DNA from: the human T2T-CHM13v2.0 reference genome, Homo sapiens
Length of the DNA: 64,000 nucleotides
Reading direction: 5' to 3' (one strand)
NCBI RefSeq assembly: GCF_009914755.1
Contig: NC_060935.1
Part shown: piece by piece, positions 14,886-27,772 of the stretch
Layout: every line of letters begins with the position of its first letter
How positions within the stretch are numbered: the stretch's first letter is position 1
Position numbers and translations under genes: made by a program
The notes under the pieces: generated by a model
Seen by the model: only the letters and a program-made list of their open reading frames with translations
Database searches by the model: none
What the model was told of the DNA's origin: nothing

Positions 14886-17027
14886 GATGAATAAGATTTT
14901 CAAAATTCAACAACCATTTATAACAAAAATGATGAGAAAAAATAGAAAGGGACATTCCCTTAACTCTTTAAAGAGTATCTATAAAATAGCTACAGATTGC
15001 ATTGTATGTAATAGTGAAAGATTAAATGTTTTCCCCCTCATATCAGAAACAAAGCAAGGGTGCCTATTTTCCCCACTCTTATTCAAAATTGTGCTAGAAG
15101 TTTTAGCTAGTGCAGTAAGTCATGGAAAGGAAATAAAAGGCATAGAGATCACAAGAGAAAAAAATATGTTTTCCCTGCTTGCAGATGATACGACTGTGTA
15201 TGTAAGAAACCCCAAAGAATCTAAAAGAAAAGCTCCTGTAACTAACATTTGAGCTCATCAAGATCTTAGGATATAAGATAATATACAGAAATCACTGTAA
15301 TTCTATACATTAACAATGAACAGAGACACGGAAGTTTAAAATGCATTATCATTACAATTATTTTTTAAAAAGAGAAAGACTTAGTTATAAATGCAACAAA
15401 ATATATGCAAACTTGTACCCTGAAAACTATACAGTACCAATGAAAGATATCGAAGATCTCTTAAAAATGGAGAGTTGTACCATGTTCATTGATTTTAAGA
15501 CTCAGCATAGTCAACTATGTCAATTCTTCCCAAAATGATATACAGATTTAATACAATACCTATCAAAATTTTATCAAGATGTTTTGTGATGTAAACAAGA
15601 CTATTCTAAAATTTAAATAGGAAAGCAAAGGAACTAGAATTGCTAAAACAACTTTTGAAAGACTAATAAAGTGGTCATTCTAATTTATGACTTATTATAT
15701 AGCCACAGTACTCCACTATGAGGTATTGGTGCTAATCACTTTGATGTGACACATAGATCAGTGGAACAGAGGAAAGAATCCAGAAACTGTCCCACACAAA
15801 TATGTTCAACTGCTTTTTGGCAAAAGCACAAAAGCAATTCAATGGCAGAAAGCCTTCTCAACAGCATCCACAGACAATAAAAAGATGAACCTCAACCAAA
15901 GTCTCACACTTTAACAAAAATTAACTAAAATAATCATGGACTTAAATATAAAATGTAAAACTATAAAACCTTAAGAAAGAAAGGAGAAAATTTTTGGAAT
16001 CTAGAATTAGGCAAATTGTTCTCGAATTTAACACCAAAACCATTATCTATAAAAGGAAAAATTGCTAAATTGGACTTACTCAAAATCAAAAATTTGCTTT
16101 CTAAAAGATCCTGTTAACTGGTTAAAAGACAAACTATAGACTGGGAGAAAATGTCTGCAGACCACATAGTTGACAGAAGACTAGTATCTAGACTATATGT
16201 ATAAAAAAACCTCTTAAAATTCAACAGTGAAGAAACAATAAAATTAGAACATGGACGCAAAAAAGTGAAAAGACATTTCATTCAGTAGACGTGCTATATT
16301 CACTGAAAAGGATATAGCAAATAAATACAAAAAAGCTATTGAGCATTGTTAACCATCAAGGAAATCCAAATTTAAACCATAATGATTTATTATCACACAC
16401 CTATCAGAATGGCAAAAATAAAAAATTGGGACAAAACCAAATGCTAGTGAGGATTCAGAGAAACTAGAATATTCATATATTCATTGCTAGTGAGAATGTA
16501 AAATAGAACAGCAATTCTGGAAAAGTTTGGCAGTTCCTTGAAAAATAAGCATGCAACTATCATTTGAAACAGCATTTACTCTCCCAGGCATTTATCTCAG
16601 AGAAAAAAGTATGTTCACAAAAAGACTTGTATATGAAATTTTTTTGGTAATAGTCCAAATCTGGAAATAGATGTCCTTCTGGGTGAATGGTTAAACAAAC
16701 TGTGGTACACCTATATGATGGAATACTACTCAGCAGTAAAAAAGAAAATGCTATCAATACACACAACAACTTGTATGGCTCTAAAGGGCACTATGCAGAG
16801 TGAAAAAAAGTCAAGCTCAAAACGTCAAATGCTGTATGATTCCATTTCTACAACATTTTGAAATGATAAAAATTATAGAAATGGAAACGGTGAGTACAGG
16901 AGGAAGGTGGATGTGGCTAAAAAAGAGTAACATGAGGGATTGTTGTGGTGATAGAATTGTTCTGTGTCTTGGCTGTGTCAACATCAGTATCCTGGCTGTG
17001 ATATTGTGCCGTGGTTTGCAAGATGCC

Positions 17028-17407
17028 TGATAGGGTTTGGATCTGTGTCCCTGCCCAAATCTCATGTCGAATTGCAATCCCCAATGTTGGAGGAGGGGTG
17101 TGGTGGGAGGTGATTGGATCATGGGGGCTAATTTCTCCCTTGCTGTTCTCACGATAGTGAGTTCTCACAAGATTTGGTTGTTTAAAAATGTGTAGCACCT
17201 CCCCCTTCACTCTCTTTCTCCTACTCCGGCCACATAGGACGTACCTGCTTCCCCTTCACCTCTCGCCATGATTCCAAGTTTCCTGAGGCCTCCTCAGCCA
17301 TGCTTCCTGTACAGGCTGTAGGGCCGTGACTCAATTAAATCTCTTTTCTTTATATATTAACCAGTCTCAGGTGGTTCTTTATAGCAATGTGAGAACAGAC
17401 TAACACA
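17028..17407 (+). mobile_element. MSTA-type MaLR solo LTR
   Basis: TGATAGGGTTTGGATCTGTGTCCC...GAGAACAGACTAACACA; 5-bp TSD ATGCC/ATGTC. Confidence 0.9.
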
Positions 17408-17559
17408 ATGTCACTATTAGGAGTAATGTGAAAGAGAGTACATGGGACCTCTCTGTATTATTTCTTACAACTGCACGTAAGTTATCTCAAAATAAAAAGT
17501 GTAATTAAAACAAAACAATGTGCAAGCAACAACAACAATAAAGGATGAAAATGATAAAT

Positions 17560-18388
17560 GAAGTATTTGGGGGTCCTCAGATCACCACTACGTCTGGAGA
17601 TTTGCTAGATGGACTCACAGGACTCAGCATATAGTTCTACTCCCAGCTAACATTTATTACGGTGAGTAGTAAAGACACACAGCCATATTACAAAGAAAAA
17701 GAGAACAGTTGGGTGTGGTGGCTCATGCCTGTAATTCTAGCATTTTGGGAGGCTGAGGTGGGTGGATCATGAGGTCAGGAGTTCAAGACCAGCCTGGCCA
17801 AGATGGTGAAACCCCATCTCTACTAAAAAAAAATACATATACATACAAAAATTAGCTATGCGTTGTGGCAGATGCCTGTAATCCCAGCTACTCAGGAGGC
17901 TGAGGCAGAGAATTGCTTGAACCCAGGAGGCAGAGGTTGCAGTGAGCCAAGATCACCCCACTGCACTCCAGCCTGGGTGACAGAGCAACACTCTGTCTCA
18001 AAAAAAAAAAGACAGAAGACATGTCTAGAGGAATCCATATGCAGGCTTCCTTATGCTTTGTCCCTCCCATAACAAAGAAAATGCAGCAACATGTGTGCAG
18101 TGTTTCTACCCAGGGAAGCCCAAGAGAGACACAGCACTCAAAGGTTTTACTGGGGGCCAGTCATGTTGGCACTCTCTGCCTAACACATTGCAAAATCCAG
18201 ACTCCCCAAAGGAAATCAGATGTTCAGCACAAACCACATTGTTTGCACACTGAGCTATCCTTATCAGTGAGGGAATGGTGGGAATACACCGAAATCCAAA
18301 TTTCCAGATCTTAGCCAAGAGTCAACCTTGCCATAGGCCTTTGTAAGAATGGCAACCTACGCCTAATATGATAACTCTTCACTGCACA
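17560..18388 (-). mobile_element. MER21/MER77-group LTR, interrupted by an Alu
   Basis: Minus strand begins TGTGCAGTGAAGAGTTATCATA...GCAAGGTTGACTCTTGGCT, similar to MER21/77 5' ends. Confidence 0.65.
17707..18010 (+). mobile_element. AluS (Sg-like)
   Basis: GGATCATGAGGTCAGGAGTTCAAGACCAGCCTGGCCAAGATGG, two arms, poly-A. Confidence 0.93.
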
Positions 18389-19717
18389 CTATGCAGACAC
18401 TAACCAAAGGAGAGCTAGAGGGCTATTTTAATCAAACAAAGTAGATTTACAAATAAGAAGTATTATCAGGGATAAATAGGGCATGACATAATGATGAAGG
18501 GTTTCATTCTCAAAAATAAGAATCTTACCTGTGTATGCAATAAGTTACAGGGCTTCAAAATATATGAGTGAAAGCTTCTATGACTGAAATAGAAATAACC
18601 AACCTCACAATTATAGTTGAACTCCTCAACAGCCTTCTCCAAGTAATTAACAGAACAAGTAGGCAGAAAACCACTAAGGATATAAAAGTCCTGAACAACA
18701 CTCTAGGACAAATTTGACCTAATTGACACAGAATACACATTCTTCTTAAATTTACATGGGACATTCACCAAAATGCACTACATTCTTGGACATAAAATAA
18801 CCTTAACAGAATTAAAAGTATAGAAATTATACTAAGTACAGGCTCAAGCTATAAAGGAATGAAACTAGAAATCAGTAACAGATATTTGGAAAATATCTAA
18901 ATATATGGACATTAAGCAATACTACTACTAAAAGAGAGAAAGTCTCAAGGAAAATTTTAGAAATATTTTAAGCTGAATGAAAATTAAAGTACAGAATATC
19001 GTGGTTTGCAGGATGCAGCTAAATCAGTGCTTAGGTGGAAACGTGTAACATTAAATGCTTACGTTGGAAAAGAATGGAGATCATACATTAGCAATCCAAG
19101 GTTCCACCTGAAGAAGAGCAAATTAGACCCAAAGCAAAAAGAAAGAAGGAAATCATACAGTTAAGAGCAGAAATCAATAAGGTTGAAAGTGGAAAAAAAA
19201 ATAGAGAAAAATAAATAAAATTCCAAACTGGATTTTAGGGGGAAAAAAGCAGTAAAAGTGATACACTTCTAGTCAGACTGCCCAATTAAGAAAAAGAGAA
19301 AAAGACAAAAATTAGTGGTTTAGGGAAGTAAAAAGGAGATATCACTACTGCTCCTTTAGTTATTAAAATGGTAATGAAGAAATATTAGTAACAACTTTAT
19401 GTTAATAAATTTGAAATCTTGGATGAAATGAATCAATTCTTTGAAAGACACTGGCCACCAAAACTCACTCAAGAAGATATAGCTACCCTGAATAGCCATA
19501 TACCTATCAAGGAAATTAAAATTGTAGTTAAAATCCTCCAAAACAGACAACTCCAGGCTGACATGATTTACTGGCAAATTCTGTGAAACATTTAAGGAGG
19601 AAATTATACAAATTTCTACACAACCTCTACCAGAAAACAGAAAAGGAAAACATTTTCAAACTTATTTGATGAAGCCAACATTATTCTAATACGAAGACCA
19701 AGCAAAGATACTAGAAA
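18389..19717 (+). mobile_element. Old L1 ORF2 endonuclease region (continuation of 2730-5160)
   Basis: ATGCAGACACTAACCAAAGGAGAGCTAGAG...ACAAAGTAGATTT continues the L1 EN sequence broken at 5160. Confidence 0.75.
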
Positions 19718-20160
19718 AGTTTAATTTCAATGAAGTTCAACTTATTTTTTATTTTATGGTTTGTGCTTTCAATGCTGTTTCTGAAAACTTTTTGCCTAAC
19801 CCAAGTTTACAAAGACCTTATATCCTAGATTTCCTTTAGAAGTTTGGATGTTAACCCAAAAGGTGCAAGATGATATTTGTAAATCACATAACTGACTTGT
19901 TTCCAGAATATATTAAATACTTTCAACACACAAGAAAAAAAACTTCAAATTTAAAAAATAGGCAAAAGGTCTGAACAGACACTTCATCAAGTCGATGACA
20001 AATAAGCATATGACAAGTGCCCAAAGTCACCAGTCATTAAGCAAGTGCATATCAAGACCACAGTGACATCTATATCATGTGTTGGCAAGGATGTGGAGCC
20101 ACTGGAACTCCCATACAAACATTAGTTTGGTACCAGATTTTTCAACGCTAGAGATAATTG
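19718..20160. mobile_element. L1 ORF2 3' fragment with an inverted 5' segment
   Basis: 19718-19850 is antisense L1 (TTTTTGCCTAACCCAAG); 19865-20160 is sense L1 (GATATTTGTAAATCACATA...GGCAAGGATGTGGAG). Confidence 0.65.
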
Positions 20161-20179
20161 GTGTTTGTTTTTGTTTGTT

Positions 20180-21300
20180 TGTTTGTTTTTTACTTTTTAT
20201 TTTGAAAGAAGATTTGCAACAGAAGAGTTGCAAAGATAAAGTTTCCTGTTCCCTTTCCTCCGTTTTCCCTCGTGTTTGCACCTTACATAAATACAGTAAA
20301 TTGACAAAACTAATAAATTAACAATGGCATGACATTATTAACTAAATTATAGTCATTATTCACATATCACTAATTTTCCCCTCATGTCTATTTTCTATTT
20401 TGGCTCCAACCCTGAGTCCCACGTTGCACCTAGATGTCTTGTCTTCATGAGCTCCTTGAGCCTGCCACAGGTCTTCAGTCTTCCATTGTCTTGCATGATC
20501 TTGACACTTTTGAAGAACACTAGTCAGGTGTTTTGTAGAAAGTTTTCAATTGGGTTTTGTCTGATGATGTCTAATGTTTAGATTGAGAGGTGCTGTGCCC
20601 TACTCAGTGCATCCTATCAGGGATAAACGATGTTGATGTAACACTCAGGTAAGGTGGCATCTTCCAGGTTGCTTCACTATAAAATTTTTATTTCCTCTTT
20701 TGCAATTAAGAAGGTTTAAGGTTTTCCCTCATCTCTCCACTTTGGCACTATATGTCCCCTTTGGATCTGAGGTCTTTCTTTCTTTTTATTCCGGAAAATG
20801 TGTATGTAGTATTTCTCTCAAGAGTTTCTCTTTTCTACTTTTATTTCTTATATCCTTTGATCTCCTCCACATTGCTGGCTTTGTAGACTCCAGTTGAAGG
20901 ATTTTCACTCTTCTACTTCTCTTTTCCAAGTCTTCTAGTTTTTTGTTTGTTTTTTCTATCATGTTCCTCAGAAATGTCTAAAAGCTGGTGTTCCAGATTA
21001 TGAATTAATTCCTCAGCTATATCCATTTTATTAAATAACCCATCTTTATTCAACTGTTATACATTTCACATACAAATGTTTACTTTTTTCATTTTATGTT
21101 TTCTTGTTCTGTTTTATGATTTCTTTTCTTTCATTTAGTGTGTTTATTGGGCTTGTTTTAAACTCTTGGTCTAGACATTCTAATATTTCTGCTTCTGATG
21201 GAATCTGTAATGCACTATACCACTTTTCTTTTGAAATAGCTGTACCGCTCAAATGTCTCATTATATTTGCTAGTGACCCCCTTTTCCCTAGCACTGTCAG
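20180..21300 (-). mobile_element. L1MC4/5-like 3' end and older L1 fragments
   Basis: TTTTATTTTGAAAG...ACAGAAGAGTTGCAAAGATA...TTGACACTTTTGAAGAACACTAGTCAG. Confidence 0.65.
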
Positions 21301-21859
21301 CTACTCTGTCAGACAATGAAAGCCAGAACCTGAGTCAATATTAGCCTAATTCGCTCAGATGAACAAACCCTAGTTGGGAGAACTTCAGGTACCAGAAAAT
21401 GGCAGCCAATCACCCTCTACTCCACTAAACAACTACCTAGTTCAAGACTTTACTTTTCATCCATCCGGAAAGTACAGTAAAACAAGACACTTAGATAATT
21501 CAGGCAGGGGTAGAGAAGTGGGGGTAGAGAGTGGGTTAGATGAGAAGAGGTATGTATGTGAGTTCCCACTTACTTTTGTCAGTTCCTAACCAGCTCAGGA
21601 CTTTTGTCCTGCAGAAATTTTTCCTGGGGAGCACCTGAACCAGAGCTTGAGTTGCCATAGGTATGAGGACAGACTCTGCATTTTCTAAAGTAATGATGGA
21701 GGGAAAGCAAAACCAACTCCATAGGTTCTCATCTTCAATCACTGTGCCTGACTTGGTCTGCCCCAAGTCTACTTTCCCCACCCACGAGCTCAAAAATCTT
21801 CTATAACCCCAAGAGTTTTCTCACAGTTTTCCATTTAAGCTTCTGTTTTTACTCTAGAG

Positions 21860-22062
21860 CAAGTGGCTCAACCTCAGCACCATGGACATTTGAAGCCAGA
21901 TAATTATTTGTTGTGTGGGGGCTGTGCTGTACATTGTAGGGTACATTGTGGCCTCTACCCACTCGATGCAAGCAGCAGCACTGCCCCAGCTGGGACCACC
22001 AAAATGTCTCCATATTGTCAGATGTCCCCTGGTGAGGGATCATTTTCGGATGAGAATCACTG
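21860..22062 (-). mobile_element. MER20 (hAT-Charlie)
   Basis: CCAGATAATTATTTGTTGTGTGGGGGCTGTGCTGTACATTGTAGG...GGCCTCTACCCACT...GAGAATCACTG. Confidence 0.88.
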
Positions 22063-22429
22063 TGATCTTGGGGCTGTGGGCTTGCACTCATGCTAGTAAT
22101 GGCATTTTGGTAAGCATCATCAAAGAGCAGTCTCTCCTATATAACTGCACATGATAGGTGCTCGATAAGTATTGCTTCTCTTCCTTCTCTGCCCCTCCCC
22201 GCCAAAGGAAAAAGGTAAAAACAAAAATTGGGCCTTAAACCAGACCTACAATGCTGCTGGAGACAACTGAGAAGAAACTACAGAGGAGGTTACTGGGCAT
22301 GCCTTTGAGGGCACGTGGCCCTCCATTGAGGGCAGGGGACTTCTCTGCCTGCTGATGGCGTAGAGTCCACTAGTCACTGCCAGGCAAACTTCCCTGCCTC
22401 CTAAGACCTGTGCAGTCACCAGAGCCAAG

Positions 22430-22700
22430 AAATCCACGCTGGACAGCTTAAGGCATCAGCTGATGAGCTGTCTCATCTGGGCAATGCACGGGCTTTAGCT
22501 CCCCTGCATTTAACTGGTATTAAAGATTAAAAAGCAAATTACCAAAGCAATCACAGCGAATCCACTTGTCTATATCTCGCTACGGCTCCCAAGCAGTTTG
22601 ATATTTACTGTCAGCTGGCATTTAATTACTCAGCCAGATTTGGAGGCCATAATTGACAGAATGCTGAAAACTAATTCTTTAAAAGGACGCGTTCCCCATG
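22430..22700. promoter_or_regulatory. Candidate enhancer (homeodomain/TALE/E-box motif cluster)
   Basis: Non-repetitive sequence containing CATCAGCTGATG, CTGTCAGCTG, TTAATTA and TAATTGACAG. Confidence 0.35.
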
Positions 22701-23859
22701 CAAAAACACTTGGGCTCAGAGGTGACACCGTCTCCCTGTTCCAAGGATCAGAGAGACAGACACCAGAACAGATTGGCTTCTTCTCCCTACACTCCTCCCT
22801 ACTGTTCTCTAGTTGATTTAGGTCTGCATGCCTGCCGGAGTCAGTGGGGAAAAGCAAATGAGACATTGAGACATGAAACATTTCCCCTTTCTAGCCATAA
22901 ATCCACCCTAGTCCCAATTCTACAGAAAACTCCCATAGCCTAGAGAGGGACCTGCCTCCAAGGCAGAACTATGAAGCCAACAGAGCCACCTTTGTGCCAA
23001 GTATGAAGGAAGAAATCCCAGTTAAAGGCACAGTGGGAGGAACATCCGGGTAGCGCTGACTATGTAATTACATATTTCTGAAGCGTCACTGCACATTGTA
23101 AAAATCTCCACCTCACCCTTGCTGCCCATGTCTCTTGTCACTGAACGTTGTCCTGACTTCCTAATCCTGCATCAATTATATCATGCACTATTGAATAATT
23201 TAGACACTAAAACTAGACTGGACTCAGCAGCATACGTTACAGAAAAGGGGGCGATGCCGTTCCACAGAAATACGGAAAAGGTAGTAATCGATCAGTCATT
23301 TCTCCCCCTAATCTGTCAAGGTTGCCGTCCATAACAACTGGGCTCAGTGCTACACTGAAAATACAGAGATCCTAATACAAAGAGAGGAGCTGATAGCACA
23401 CTTGTCCCCAGCTGTTTTTTTGGAGGTTTATTTTTAAATAAATAATTCCAAAACTCTTAAAAAGGGCATGTTTTCAAAAAAGATTTAAAAATTTTCCCTA
23501 ATATTCCTACATTTCAACTAGCAAATCATCGAGATCAGGTATCAATAAGAGGGAAAACGCCTTTGTTTTCTGGTTTGTTTCTTTTCTCAAGCATTTAGGC
23601 TCAAGGGGAGAGGGGGCATTTTTTAAAGAGGGATAGAAGGAAAAGGGCTGGAGGAAAGCCTGACTTTGATGGAATGATTGCTGGAAACCTGTGCTCCCCA
23701 GCATAGGTTTGTCCTGGTCTCAGCCTGCTGTTCACTGCCTGTCTGGTCTTTCCTCCTCCTCAGGAGGAAATGGCAGTTCTATTTGAATCTGTGCAAGGCC
23801 AAACTCTCCAAGCCTTGACGAAATCACAGTTAGGAATTTTACAAACTAGACTTCCATAC

Positions 23860-24200
23860 ACATGCACCGGGCTTTCCGTGGAGAGATCGACAGACTGGGG
23901 CTATTTTGGATGTCCCACTTAAAGCCGCGGGGGTGCCCTGTGCAGAGAGCTGGCGCTGCTGGGCTCGGGGCTGGGGCGCAGCTGCGGGCGGTTCTCTGGG
24001 CAGAACCGCGGAGAGCAGATGCTCGCGCTGCAGCGCAAGTTGGGGAGTATTAGGTGCCTGGATTTGCTCCAGCAGCCCTGTGACTGCACAAGGCCAGGGT
24101 GTTCCCTGGCTCTGGCCTCCCATATACACCTCTCCCCAAAGCGCTGTCGCCCCTGAAACTTCATGGACCATGGCCTCCCTGCCGTCAGTCCTGGGAGGAT
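23860..24200. promoter_or_regulatory. Small CpG-rich patch
   Basis: GC-rich with many retained CpGs (GCCGCGGG, GCTGCGGGCGG, CCGCGG, CTCGCGCTGCAGCGC) and no recognisable repeat. Confidence 0.45.
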
Positions 24201-24599
24201 TCATGGAGCGTATATCTAGCCAGTTGATTGTCTATTTTAAGAAATTAATAAAAGAGCAAGTACCAACTATTCCTTCAAAATCTCTGTCACCACACATCTG
24301 CTCATAGGAGGTGATGGCATGAACCCCACTCCACTCCCAGCAGCCCGCTGTCTTCACCCTTAGATGTTCTAGCTTGGGGTAGGGAAGCTCTGCCATGCCC
24401 CCTTCCTTTCACACATTGTTAGCAGGTAATCTTCATTCTCTTTTCCTTGTTACCAAACTGGCAGGCTCAATGCTCAAGCCCCCATGAATTTCAGATCTCA
24501 ACAGAGAATATCGACTTTAAAAAAAAAAAAAAAAAACACATCTACCTAAAAATAATGTAGAAACCAGAATTTTTATTTTTCAAAAATTAAAGCAAAAAT

Positions 24600-25270
24600 A
24601 CCTACAATCTTCATCAGTACTTACATTTTGATGCGTTTCTTTCCAACATTTTCTAAAATAAAATTTATGTTTTTGCACAACTAGGATTATGTAATTATTT
24701 ATTTTTATACCCTGCACTTTTTAATTTTTCACAAGCATTTTCCCATTAAAAAGTGTTCAAAAGCTCCATTTAAAATGGAAACATAACACTCCTGTAGCAG
24801 GGAGGCACCCTCACTTATTTAACAATCCTTGAATTGTTGGGCATTTAAGTGTTTCCATTTTTTTCACGATGAATAACTTGGAATGAACATCTTTGGATAT
24901 ACACCTCTGACCCTCCATTGATTACATTCTCAGGTTTCTAAAAGTGGAATTACTGAGTCAAAAGATATGAACATGTTAAAGCTCTTAAAATAAATTGCAA
25001 AATTTACATCCAGAGAGGTTGCTTCGATTTATACTCCCACGAGCCTGTATTAACTTCACTTTTTAAAATCTTTAATAATCTCATAGCCCCAAAATTGTAT
25101 GTAGTCAAAGTTATTGATCCAGTCTTCTGTAATTCTTTTTACTATTCCAATGCTAAGAATAACCATCCTCATTCAGAAGGCAGAAAAATAGCCATCTAAA
25201 TATCTTCTAGTTTTTTACAAGATTTATTCTCTTACATTTAACTCAGTAATCTATGTGAAATTAGAGCATG
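24600..25270 (-). mobile_element. L1ME-like 3' fragment
   Basis: GTTGGGCATTTAAGTGTTTCCATTTTTT...AAGTGGAATTACTGAGTCAAAAGATATGAACAT. Confidence 0.7.
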
Positions 25271-25897
25271 TATAAAGAGAGGATCTCTTTGGGGGCACAA
25301 GCCCCCTTTTCCCATTCCTCCAAGCTTCCATGGAGAGGGCTGTCTTCCTTGCTTGTTTGTTTTTTACACAAGACAAGCAACTTACCTGATTGTGTATGAG
25401 AGAGAATGCTAGGCTCTTCCTCTTTCCTCTTTGTCTCTGCACTCCCACTGGGGGTCCCAACTAGTCTGCCCCTCTGCCCTTGGCTTTGAGAGTTGGCCCC
25501 ATGGGAAGACCTGACGTGTTTAATGCTGCCAGGGACTCCACCTGGGCAAGTCTCTCTAGCCCAGGTGGAAAGCATTAGCGAGCTGGTTTGCTAACACATC
25601 TAGACCCACATTCTCTACCCAGTCTCTGCAAGTAATCAGTGTAATATATTGACCTCTCTCTTTCTGACTATCTCTCAACTCATTTTAAACATGGGCAGTG
25701 TAGAGGAAGTTATTTATCAAATCCCCTAAAATCCCAACAATTTACAATGATTATTTTAAAATAACTAGGCAATATTTCTAACTAAATAATAGATCCCTTC
25801 CTCATTAATCCGTGAGTCTTTCTTTATGGTATATCATTGAATATTTATATACTTAAGTCGAGGCTATTCAGTCTTTTCTATATTCTATTGATAATAC

Positions 25898-25972
25898 TGA
25901 TTTATTCTGTTCTATACAGTACTATACAGTGTCATACCGTATCTGTACTACTGTATAGAACAGAATAAATCA
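25898..25972. repeat. Perfect 24-bp inverted repeat with 27-nt spacer
   Basis: TGATTTATTCTGTTCTATACAGTA (25898-25921) and TACTGTATAGAACAGAATAAATCA (25949-25972). Confidence 0.95.
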
Positions 25973-26092
25973 CTTATGACACTGATTCATTAGCCAGTAT
26001 CATAGAGATTTATACTGTGTTCTATTATTTGTGTTTTAACAGATGCAATGATGATGTTATTCATTTGAATGGTCTGAGAGTAGCCCTGATGA

Positions 26093-26254
26093 CAGTGATT
26101 TCCAAACTTCGGTGCACATTAGAATCACCTGGGAAGCTTGTAAAAACTAGGATGCTTAGGCTGCATGCTATACCACCAATGAAATCAGAATGTCTGGAGT
26201 TTTTTTTTTAATGTCTAGGTGATTCCACTGTGCAGCAAAGTTTAGGAGTGACTG
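26093..26254. mobile_element. MER5-family hAT MITE
   Basis: CAGTGATTTCCAAACTT...CATTAGAATCACCTGGGAAGCTTG...AGGTGATTCCACTGTGCAGC...GACTG. Confidence 0.8.
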
Positions 26255-27772
26255 CCTTAAAAGAAGACATGTGTGTGCAGCCAGGAGACCAGGAACCAAG
26301 GGTTTTCTGCCAACTTCTCAGCCGCCCTCACTTGCAGTCTTCACTTGCAGAAGATGAATAGGTTAGCACCTGGTCACTGCCTCGCACACTGGAAAGAGTT
26401 TCCATTAATGAAAGAATGTCTTTTCAATGGTTTGCACTCCCCAAAAGAAACATGCAGAATTATCTTTAGTCATGAACTTTACTAGCAATAAAAAGTATAC
26501 TCACATAGACCCAATCCCTGTTTTTCCAGGGGATTATATGGTAGAGCAGACAATGGATGTGTCAACCCACCGGAAACACAGACTGCATCACAAAAGCACG
26601 ATGCTTAGACCCACAAATTAAGAAGAAACCACTAAATAATTAGAGTATGCATTCATTTTATCCATTCAAAGTATTTTGACAAGGTTGGAAAAAAATTCTT
26701 TTTGGTTTATAACATTTGCAGAGCCTTGAACTTGCGCCAGACTAGAGAAAAAATGCCTAGAATTTCTATAGCATATTTCTCCTAAGGAGTCATCATTTCC
26801 ACCCCCAGCCCCAAATGTGCATCTACAGTTTTAGCTTTCTGTGCCTGTTAGTGCGTCCATGTGAGCCAGAACCACCCCAGCTTCGTCAGCCCCCAAAGCC
26901 TGGGTTACCTTCTAGTTGAATGGTGCCTGCTGGGGCAGAACTTTGACACAATACCCTAACACCTGCTGAAGGCTGCAGGAGCTTCCTCCACTCTCCAGGG
27001 CTTTGATATCCAATAAAGGGTTCCTGACCTGGCATTCTCTTCTGAATCCTGCCCTGACTGAACTCCACGCTGGGCTCCAGCTTGCAATCACCCACTGTAG
27101 TCCAGAAGACGGCCTTCGCACTTCCACCTCTGCCCTTTTCATTTCCTGGAACACCAGACTCCTACCCAATTCTCAGCTTTCAACCTGAGCCTTGCTTCCC
27201 ACAACTCTGCCACCTGGCTCCCTTTCCCCAGGCTCAGTCTTCCTCTCTGTTCCTCAAAAGCCATTAAGCAATGGCAGAGGACATGTAAACCGGACCTGGG
27301 ACTTTGCCCAGTGACCCCCTCCTCCTCTGGAGCTCATGCCACTCAATTATAGCATTTTCTTTCACATCTTGTATCCTCAAATAAGACACTGTTGTCAGGG
27401 GTTCTAGATCCCCATAGAGTTCCTTTCTAGCCACCCCCTGCCTAAGTGCAGGTGCACCCCAGAGTGTGGTCCACATCCTCCTCCTCACCTTATTCTCAGT
27501 CTGTCCCAAGCCAGCCGGCTTACACACATAGTTCTGCAATCGCCTTGTGACAAAGCCATCAGTCCCCAGTGTTCTCCAGAGCTTTAGGCCTGTATCTTTG
27601 CTGACTACCAGAAATCCTCTCCTGAACATTCTAAGGGCCTTAATTTCAAAGTCTCCAAAGCCAAGCACTCTCACTTGTCCAGGTCCTTCCAGGTCCTCTG
27701 GTGGCACTCTTGTCTCTTCTAATGACTCTACTTAGCTCCTTCAACCATGGCCAGAGCAAGGTATTATAGTAG

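Noticed and set aside
24140-24158. RE1-like TTCAGGGGCGACAGCGCT on the minus strand
   Set aside because: Only the right half-site matches; the left half and spacing are wrong.
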